Shown: one piece after another, positions 8,801 to 15,431 of the stretch | How positions within the stretch are numbered: the first letter of the stretch is position 1 | How the letters are laid out: every line of letters starts with the position of its first letter | Source of the DNA: an uncultured Planctomycetota bacterium | GTDB lineage: Bacteria > Planctomycetota > UBA11346 | DNA: 64,000 nt | Direction of reading: 5' to 3' | NCBI GenBank assembly: GCA_903902515.1 | Contig: CAIUVD010000091.1 | Span: 8,199 to 72,198, forward strand | Made by a program: the position numbers and the translations under genes | The notes under the pieces: model-generated | Databases searched by the model: none | What the model saw: the letters and a program-made list of their open reading frames with translations, nothing else | What the model was told of the DNA's origin: nothing

Positions 8801-9117
8801 ACGCTCGTCCCCAGGGTGAGCAGGTGGTACACCGCCTCGTTGGTCCGCACCAAGCCGTCATACGGCACCTCGGTCAGTCGACGGATGGCCTCCCCCAGGT
8901 TCACATCCGAGAACGGCAGCGACTGCCCACGAGCCTCCACCCGGTTGTGCTCTGCCAGCCAGGGCTTCAGCACCCCGGTCAACACTACCTGGTCTTGCCG
9001 GCCTCCACGCAGGGCCAAGGCCTCTTCCCGGCTGAGGTACTGCCAGCCCAAGGCGCAGAGCACCTGCACCGCAGGGATCTGGCTGTCGAGATCTTCGAGG
9101 TAGGGCGAGAGCGCCAT
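5857..9117 (-). CDS. hsdR: Type I restriction enzyme R subunit
   Basis: 1086 aa, SF2 helicase motifs TTGSGKSLTMV (Walker A) and FVMIDEGHRS (DEAH-like); size and architecture typical of HsdR. Confidence 0.9.
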   Translation of the reverse strand: MALSPYLEDLDSQIPAVQVLCALGWQYLSREEALALRGGRQDQVVLTGVLKPWLAEHNRVEARGQSLPFSDVNLGEAIRRLTEVPYDGLVRTNEAVYHLLTLGTSVDVEVEGDRKGRQVHFIDWLRPERNVYHVSDEFAVERSRSHETCRPDLVLFINGIPVVVIECKRRDQDGDVGDKAIEKAIKQVVTYQKDDHIPHLFQFAQLVLGTSVNSCRYGTVGTPLKFWSVWKEEGRHEQAVHASANQRLPDDVEAKLFAPPDSKRVDAYREARLWWQERAKAGDRLPTEQDRTLWAMLRQDRLVTFIRDAVVFDAGVRKVARYQQWFAVAATVARVTTLHEGAREGGVVWHTTGSGKSLTMVMLAKAIALHPGITDPRVVLVTDRDDLDIQLSRTFEACGKTTERARTGEHLAKLITEGKASVITAIINKFAAVMDKNQARDESPNIFVMIDEGHRSNYGGFAAKMRRVFPNACYIAFTGTPLLKKEKQTAQKFGGFIHSYTMRQAVDDEAVAPLVYEGRMALLEQNERALDQWFERLTTSLSEKQRADLKRTMSRREVLSEAEQRIKLIAFDISTHFKANFQGRGLKGQVAARNRTSAIRYRKFMQEFGLVQAEVIMSAPDVRGEDEAVEEDESLVGQFWAEMMKRFKTEDVYNRQLKAAFGQEDSDVEILIVVDKLLTGFDEPRNAVLYIDKPLKEHNILQAIARVNRLFPGKDHGLIVDYRGVLGELNASMKTYDALAGFDQNDVDLGGAVTDVSSVIADLPQHHSDVWAIFKEVCNQLDNEAMERHLAPEDRRESFYATLRTFQKTLATALASEQVYALVPRERLEVFKRDFKRFIGLRTSVQSRYGDRVDYSQYEKQIRKLLDDHIQAPEVKIITPEFSLFDVKAMDQEVATHESAASKADTIASRLAKTCREKMGEDEEFYGRFAKLVQQTIDDYRHERISELEYLKKVEVYLAQVRQGHADELPIELEGERHRAARAFFGLMGTALEQVEVTKSRAQEVGSGVDLRQLASTLALEIEERVQPKVRIVDWVHSPDLIKDVENAVDDALFDLRSAHGIGWTTAEIDQLLAQVVSTLKKQAGG

Positions 9118-9118
9118 G

Positions 9119-10045
9119 TCAGGTCGTCCAGAAGGAGTGCGTACGCCAGTTGGCAGGCAGGCCCATGGCCACCTGCCAGCGCGGGTGGCTGTCCATCTCG
9201 GTCAAAAGCGCCTGTACGCGACCCGACCAATGGCTTCCTGCCTGGTGATGCCGCAGCAGGTAGCGCAGGATCAGCAACACGCCGTACACGTGATGTCGAT
9301 CCGGGAGGGCCGGTGGAATCCAGCACCGCTCTTCGGTCGTCGGGCTGCGGGGGTTGCGCGGTTCGGGCATGGTGGGCTTGATCGCCAAATCCCGATTCCA
9401 CAGCCGCCCATGGTGGGCACAGAGGTTGCGCACGTATGACAGGGTATGCAGCCAGTCACCAAAGACACGGTGGTGCACGCGATACGATCCGGCAACTGCT
9501 CGCTTATCGTCATGGTGCAGGCCACGAAACAGCACCGACAGCGACCCGAGCGACATGACCTCAGACGCCACCCACAGGGGGAGCGACGGGAAGCCGTCGT
9601 AGGTGTTTTCGTAATGGAGGATGAAGGTCTCCTCCGAACGCTCAGCCTCCCGGTGCAGCTTGTCGATCCACTCAGGGTGACGGAACTGCGGGTGGAAGTT
9701 CACGGAGGCTTCGTGCCCGTAGGGGCCGTAGGCGTGCACCAAATGGTAGGTCACCGTGGTGCGCACGGCAATCTCGACCCGTTCGATTGCATCCATGACC
9801 AGCAGGCGGAGACGGCGGTCAAACTCATAGAGCCGCTCCGCCTCTGCCAGGCTTGCGGTGTCTTCGAAGCGATCGCCAGGAACCAGCTTAAACAGCAGCC
9901 AGTAGGCACTGAGGCGGTAATAGCTCACGCGGCTGAGCAATGCCTCGGCCCCTCGCCGGTTGCCCACGTTCAGCCCACGGGCCTCCAGCAGGTCCACCTG
10001 CTGGGCGAAGGTCAGGGCGGTTTTGTTGTAGGGCTTGGTGCTCAT
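9119..10045 (-). CDS. Abi-like protein (Abi_2 / AbiD-AbiF family abortive-infection protein)
   Basis: 308 aa, N-terminal LSRVSYYRLSAYW motif characteristic of the Abi_2 family; ends 2 nt before hsdR start. Confidence 0.7.
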   Translation of the reverse strand: MSTKPYNKTALTFAQQVDLLEARGLNVGNRRGAEALLSRVSYYRLSAYWLLFKLVPGDRFEDTASLAEAERLYEFDRRLRLLVMDAIERVEIAVRTTVTYHLVHAYGPYGHEASVNFHPQFRHPEWIDKLHREAERSEETFILHYENTYDGFPSLPLWVASEVMSLGSLSVLFRGLHHDDKRAVAGSYRVHHRVFGDWLHTLSYVRNLCAHHGRLWNRDLAIKPTMPEPRNPRSPTTEERCWIPPALPDRHHVYGVLLILRYLLRHHQAGSHWSGRVQALLTEMDSHPRWQVAMGLPANWRTHSFWTT

Positions 10046-10068
10046 GCCAGGTTTCCCGGCGTGCGCGT

Positions 10069-10126
10069 AAAAACAAAAAAGCCGCCAAGGTTACGCATGC
10101 CCCTTGCGGGGTATAGGCGTGGCGGC
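10069..10126 (-). terminator. Candidate rho-independent terminator between hsdS and abi (minus strand): GC stem GCCGCCA/TGGCGGC with inner CCCC-gcaa-GGGG hairpin, then U-run
   Basis: Plus-strand AAAAACAAAAAA (10069-10080) is the minus-strand T-tract directly 3' of the stem 10081-10087/10120-10126. Confidence 0.45.
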
Positions 10127-10328
10127 TGTGTTGGAGGTACGATGCCAGATGCGTGGCTGTCGCGCAACATGGCAAAAAACAACACGCTCTCCCGTATCCG
10201 TGTCTCGATCTGCGACACAAGGAGCTCATCTATGAAGACAGTAATCATGACAGCCCCTGCCTTGGCCAGCCCCCAGGGGCGTGGATCGTAGAAGTTGCCA
10301 AGACAGGCGGACATGGCCATGGGTGCTC

Positions 10329-11597
10329 CTAGGCCGCCTGGACCTTCACGCGGCGTTTGCCGGTGAGGAGCTGTTGCATGAGGCCCTTTTTCTGGGTGCG
10401 AAAAGCGGAGAGCAATCGTTCGAGCAACTCGATTTCCCGATCGACGATGTCAAATAGATCGGCGATGCGCCGTTGTTCGTCTAACTCCGGCAGGGGGATA
10501 GGCAACTGTGCCAGGTCATCAAAATAGATGCGGATGCGCACGCCGCCGGCGCCTGCGGTGTCCATGAATGAAGACCATGCATCCGAACGCCGAAATGCGT
10601 TGAAATAGCGATGGTCGATTGCCTCATCACGGCAGCGGAACACCACATAATCCGGTGAAACGAGCGCATCTTCCTGCCCCAGCCATTGGCAGATAGAGCC
10701 AATGTTGATACGCATTGGATTATAGGCGAACCAGTGATTTTTGACGATCAGGTAGCGGGATAAATCGTCGGCCATGACATGCTCCTTCATGGGGATCATG
10801 CCTTCTGCTTTGTTCACAGCCCTGACGGATTCCGAACCAAGGCGCCCATTATTTCGGACGGAGCTGGCCTCGGCGACGTCGCCGATAGTGCGCTTCCGCC
10901 ACGGCTTGGTAAACCCAGGAAACCTCCGCTTCCCCGTCAGCAACTGCTGCATGAGGCCTTGGCGACGTTTACGCGAGGCCTTCAGGAGATTTTCCAGGTA
11001 AAGCGAGGCAGTCTCCCAGTGCTCAAGAATTCGCGAGATTTCTTGTTGCTCGGAAAAAGAAGGAATTGGGATCCTGAGCGCTAGGAGGTCATCCTGCGTA
11101 ATATTTTTCATAGAATCGCTCGTCCCGGTTGCCTGGGATGAGAGCCGGTGACGAAGTGTCGGCAATTGCAGTAGGTGGGAAAGCCACTTGGTGGAATACT
11201 TGACCCCAGAGCGAGGCTTTAACTGCCAAAGTTTATCGGGAAGATATGTCTTTGGACAGTCCTCTCGCACTAACGCACTAGCGCCGACGAGATCAGGGGT
11301 ATTACAACGGCTGACGATAAGGTGACCCTTGAGCACAGGCTCGCTTACTCGTGCAACATCCTCGGGGATAACGACCTTGGCGGCATTTTTTTTGAACACG
11401 CCGTAAGACACTGCGCTGATCTTCAGGACGGTTATTTCACCTGTGCTTGCTGGCCGATCTTCACCATTAACGCTCACTCCAGAGTCTAGAGAGCCAACAA
11501 GATCAGAAACCTTGCCAGCTTTCCAGTCTGTAGGAACGAGTCCAAGATGCGGCACTTCCTTGAAAGCTGCTGTCACAGCCCCAACTCCTTGAGGCAC
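10329..11597 (-). CDS. hsdS: Type I R-M specificity subunit, two target-recognition domains
   Basis: 422 aa with the conserved inter-TRD repeats RQGLMQQLLTGKRR and KKGLMQQLLTGKRR. Confidence 0.85.
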   Translation of the reverse strand: MPQGVGAVTAAFKEVPHLGLVPTDWKAGKVSDLVGSLDSGVSVNGEDRPASTGEITVLKISAVSYGVFKKNAAKVVIPEDVARVSEPVLKGHLIVSRCNTPDLVGASALVREDCPKTYLPDKLWQLKPRSGVKYSTKWLSHLLQLPTLRHRLSSQATGTSDSMKNITQDDLLALRIPIPSFSEQQEISRILEHWETASLYLENLLKASRKRRQGLMQQLLTGKRRFPGFTKPWRKRTIGDVAEASSVRNNGRLGSESVRAVNKAEGMIPMKEHVMADDLSRYLIVKNHWFAYNPMRINIGSICQWLGQEDALVSPDYVVFRCRDEAIDHRYFNAFRRSDAWSSFMDTAGAGGVRIRIYFDDLAQLPIPLPELDEQRRIADLFDIVDREIELLERLLSAFRTQKKGLMQQLLTGKRRVKVQAA

Positions 11598-13072
11598 CCA
11601 GCCATCTCCGCCCGGACCTTAACCAATTCCGCCTCTAAATCAGCGATTTCCTTACCTACCTTGGCCAAATCCACCTCTTCCTCAGCCTCGAATGTGTCCA
11701 CATACCGGGGAATATTGAGGTTGTAATCGTTCTCGGCGATCTCTTCCAGCGTCGCCTTGTAGGCGTACTTCTCGACCGTCTTGCGGATGCGGTAGGTCTC
11801 AACGACCTTCTGGACCTCGACGTTGACCCGCAGGTAATTCTGGTTTTTCCCATCCTGGAACTCGCGGGAGGCGTCGATGAACAGCACATCCTTCCGGCTG
11901 CCACGATCACGGCGGAAGATCAGGATGGCCGCTGGGATTCCGGTACCGAAGAACAGGTTCGGAGGCAGGCCGATCACCGCATCCAGGAGGTTCTCCTCGA
12001 TCAGCTTTTGCCGAATCGCGCCTTCGGCCCCGCCGCGGAACAGCACGCCATGGGGCACGACCACACCAACCCGTCCGGTGTCCTTCACCGTGGTCTCGAT
12101 CATATGGCTAATGAAGGCGTAGTCGCCCTTGCTCTTGGGGGGCACGCCCCGGTGCCAGCGGTTGAATCGCTTGGCCTCATCGTCCGCCTTGTCCGCCCCC
12201 CACTTGTCGAGGCTGAACGGCGGATTGGCCACCACGACGTCGAAGCGCATGAGTTGGTCGTTGGCCAAGAGCTGGGGCTCCAGCAGGGTGTCCCCGGCCT
12301 CGATGCGGGCATTCGCCACATCGTGCAAGAACATGTTCATCATGCACAACGCCCAGGTCGTGCGGTTGTTCTCCTGACCCCAGATCGAGATGTTGTCGGA
12401 ATTAGCCTCGCGGGCGCAGCGCAGCAGCAGCGAGCCCGAGCCGCACGCCGGGTCGCAGATGCGCTCGCCAGCCTTGGGTGCCAGCAGCTTGGCCAGGAGG
12501 ATCGAGACCTCCTTCGGGGTGTAGAATTCCCCGGCCTTTTTACCGGCGTCGTCGGCGAACTTGCCGATGAGGAATTCGTAGGAGTCGCCGATGACGTCGT
12601 TGCCCGCCAGTCGCGAGGGACGCAGGTCGAGCTTGTTGAAGTCCTCCAGGAGGTTTTTTAGCACCTTGTTGCGATTCTTGGTCGATCCCAGGCGGGATTC
12701 GCTGTTGAAGTCAACGTTGCGGAAGACGTCCTTGAGTTTGACTTTGTTGGCCAGTTCGATGGCTTCTAAGGCCTTGTTGATCGTCTCGCCAACGCTGGCC
12801 CCTTCGCGCAGGGCATAGACCTCGGCAAAGCTGGATTTCTCGGGCAGAACGAAGCGCTCACGGTCCATCTTGCGACGGATGCGCTCCTCATCGCCCTTGA
12901 ACTCCTTGGCGAGCTCGTCGCGGCGCTCGCGCCACACGTCACTAATATACTTCACGAACAGCATCGTGAGCACGTAGTCCTTGTAGTCGGCCGCATCGAT
13001 CTGGCCGCGAAAGGAGTCGCAGGCCTGCCAGAGGATACGATTGACGTCGTCTTGGGTGGTGGTGTCGGTCAT
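11573..13072 (-). CDS. hsdM: Type I R-M N6-adenine DNA methyltransferase subunit
   Basis: DPACGSGSLL (SAM motif I) and VVANPPF (motif IV NPPF). Confidence 0.9.
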   Translation of the reverse strand: MTDTTTQDDVNRILWQACDSFRGQIDAADYKDYVLTMLFVKYISDVWRERRDELAKEFKGDEERIRRKMDRERFVLPEKSSFAEVYALREGASVGETINKALEAIELANKVKLKDVFRNVDFNSESRLGSTKNRNKVLKNLLEDFNKLDLRPSRLAGNDVIGDSYEFLIGKFADDAGKKAGEFYTPKEVSILLAKLLAPKAGERICDPACGSGSLLLRCAREANSDNISIWGQENNRTTWALCMMNMFLHDVANARIEAGDTLLEPQLLANDQLMRFDVVVANPPFSLDKWGADKADDEAKRFNRWHRGVPPKSKGDYAFISHMIETTVKDTGRVGVVVPHGVLFRGGAEGAIRQKLIEENLLDAVIGLPPNLFFGTGIPAAILIFRRDRGSRKDVLFIDASREFQDGKNQNYLRVNVEVQKVVETYRIRKTVEKYAYKATLEEIAENDYNLNIPRYVDTFEAEEEVDLAKVGKEIADLEAELVKVRAEMAGCLKELGL

Positions 13073-13084
13073 GTTCGGCTCGAT

Positions 13085-13680
13085 TTATCGTGAAGTGTTA
13101 GTGAGGAAGGAGAGGCCAATGCTGCGGTTGCGCAGGGCAACGGCCTGGGTCATGCGCCCCAAGATCTCTTGCTCCTTTTGCTGGAGCTCGCTGAGATGGG
13201 CGATGTACCCCTGCTGGTGCATCGGTGGCAAGGGAATGCAGATGGCCTCGAATAGGGCCCGTTGAACTATGGGAGTACCGGCTCCCGTGCGAGCCTGGCT
13301 GATGGCGGCTTGCGTCGGCGCCTGGTTCAGAAACCAGGCCAGGTATTCCGGATCAACAAGGCCCGGCCGAGGCCTGAGCACGAAGAAAGCCGCCGTAGGC
13401 ACCGCGTTAATGGCACATTGGTCAATTCTGGCCGCGCGGTTTTTTTCTCCGCGTGACATGAAGAGGACATCACCCCCCATCACGCAGTACCCCTCGGCCC
13501 GTTCAGGAAGGTCCATCCGCGTGTCATGGTCTTCCCCGATGGAAACGGGTCGACCTGACTCGTGGACGTGGCGTGGTTGAATGACCAGAAATCGGCCGTT
13601 GTCCTGGTGCTGGACCGCCCCTGGGTTGGAAAACCCAGGGGTGATTTCAGCCGCCTCATCGAGACGGGCATGGTTCATGT
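13085..13680 (-). CDS. Solitary half HsdS (single target-recognition domain plus conserved C-terminal helical region)
   Basis: About 199 aa from MNHARLDEAAEITPGF. TRD-like GDVLFMSRGEKNRAARIDQ...AVPTAAFFVLRP, then IPLPPMHQQGYIAHLSELQQKEQEIL typical of HsdS conserved regions. 13 nt upstream of hsdM. Confidence 0.6.
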
Positions 13681-14075
13681 GATGTCTTTCACCCATACTT
13701 TCAGGGGATTGTAGGGGGTTCCGATGGGCCAGTTCACCAGGTACCGACGACTGGTCGCCGGAGACTCGCCAATCCAAACGATGGCCGCTTCCGGCTGAAA
13801 AGGAGGCGGGTGGTTCTCCCACGCGAGGCGTGCAGTGATCTTGGCTCCCTCTTCGCTGTTCGGGGAGGTAAAGACCCCGTCGGCCCAGGCAAAATCCAGG
13901 TCACGGTACCGGACGAGCTGAACGCCGGGAACGCCCATAGCCGCCACGATGTATTGATCGACTGCCGTGGCGGACTTTACCCAAATCACTCGCCCTGCCC
14001 GCCAGCCGCGCTGGCGGGCAGGGTGCCACTCGGTGTTGTTCGCATGCGTCGCATAGAGCTCTTGGAAGGTCATCA
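13675..14075 (-). CDS. Hypothetical Trp-rich protein, no recognisable domain
   Basis: About 136 aa from MMTFQELYATHANNTEWHPARQRGW; stop overlaps the half-hsdS start; begins about 8 nt after the GIY-YIG gene stop. Confidence 0.4.
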
Positions 14076-14083
14076 TGGCAGCC

Positions 14084-14412
14084 TCACCCGTGCGCCGTCT
14101 GGTTAATCGGCGGGGCGAGGGTGCCCACCAGGTCTGCCTCGACCTGCCTCCGGCGGTCTTCGTGGGGAATTCCGATAGCCGCGATGTGGGTCGCACGCTG
14201 ACGCCGGAACGCCATGGCATGGTGGTGATTGTCAAAACGGGAGCTGAGGTCGCCCGTCTGGCCAATGTAGAGCACCGTCCAGCGTGCTCCTTCATCGCGC
14301 ATGATCGCATAGACGCCGCCGACGGCAGGGAGAGGGGTTCCGAAAGGGAACACCGTGAGGTGATAAGAGGTGCCCGACCGAGCGGTCAGGGTCACTGTGG
14401 GATGCATAGCCA
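14084..14412 (-). CDS. Small GIY-YIG nuclease-domain protein (YhbQ/UPF0213-like size)
   Basis: About 109 aa from MAMHPTVTL. GGVYAIMRDEGARWTVLYIGQTGDLSSRFDNHHH matches the GIY-x10-YIG-x-T-x-L-x2-R-x3-H pattern; GGAGAG RBS-like 8 nt upstream. Confidence 0.5.
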
Positions 14413-14530
14413 TGAAAGGCTCTCCTGGGAAAGGAGCCTGACTGGACCTCAGAGCCAAATCCGCTACAGTGGTGTTGCAAGACGTCACCTGCGGCTTGGT
14501 CGTCGGCGAGCCCGACTCCAGGTTTTAAGG

Positions 14531-14574
14531 AACCGAAAAACCCAGCCCCTGCCAGGGGGTTGGGTTTTTCGGTT
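14531..14574. repeat. Near-perfect 19-bp stem hairpin (AACCGAAAAACCCAGCCCC tgcca GGGGGTTGGGTTTTTCGGTT) at the edge of an AT-rich tract
   Basis: Arms differ at one position; T-rich tails on both sides suggest a bidirectional terminator. Confidence 0.4.
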
Positions 14575-15163
14575 TATGGCCGACAGAGAGAACGCCTCGC
14601 TGTCGCCATAATGAGTAGTGTAAGCACTCCTAATTTTTTTCAAGTTTTTTTCCGGTGTCTCCATTACTTGATATTGTCGTCGGCAGTCGCGAGGGGCCTA
14701 GGTGACAGATCTGTGCATTTTGTATATACAATTTACACATGATGTATACCTGAGGTCCGCAGCGCCACTGATGGCGTTTGTTATTATGTAAGTAATATCA
14801 TTGGGCCTCATGCATTACTCGCTGTAGTAAACCATTTAAGGCTGGGCGCAGCCGAAAGGGGAACTGGGGCTGGCCCTCTGTATCCCCTTGCTGACTCACA
14901 AGCGCCCGAGGTGTCCGCTCAGCCGTCTCCGAGGGCTGCGGGAGGGCGGCTAGGTCCGACCTTCAGCAGCCTCATTTGTCCAAGGTCCGAATTCCTAATG
15001 ATCCGTGATTTCTAGGCAGGTCAGCTCCGCCGGCCCAGCGAGAAGGCTCACCAAGCAAGTGCCTGTCGGCAATCCCTGCACCCCCCAGCTCGAGAACGTA
15101 TCTTTTTCCCGTTCGCTTTGGGTGCTGGAGTGGCTGGTGCTGTGCCCACTAATCAATTTGTCC

Positions 15164-15199
15164 CTTAATCCCTGAGCCCTAGGTTCGAGTCCTAGATCG
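15164..15199 (+). repeat. att-like repeat copy 2 (34/36 identical to 4848-4883), followed by divergent 3' sequence ATCTCCA
   Basis: CTTAATCCCTGAGCCCTAGGTTCGAGTCCTAGATCG; no complete tRNA can be folded around it. Confidence 0.6.
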
Positions 15200-15431
15200 A
15201 TCTCCATTATAAACATCTGAAAATCAATGTTTTGCAGTGGATTTTTGCCTCTGGGCTCTCGACCCTTGCTGGCCAAATTAAGATGCCTGTTGGGCGGCAG
15301 AACAACTCCAAACCTGACAGCCCCCTTAGCAGAGATGGCCTTACGGCCATCCCTGCTGGGGGCATTGTCCTCGTCCGATGGACCTCACCACCGCAAGGCC
15401 GGTGGAGCCCTCGGCAGAAGAAGACCAGGCT

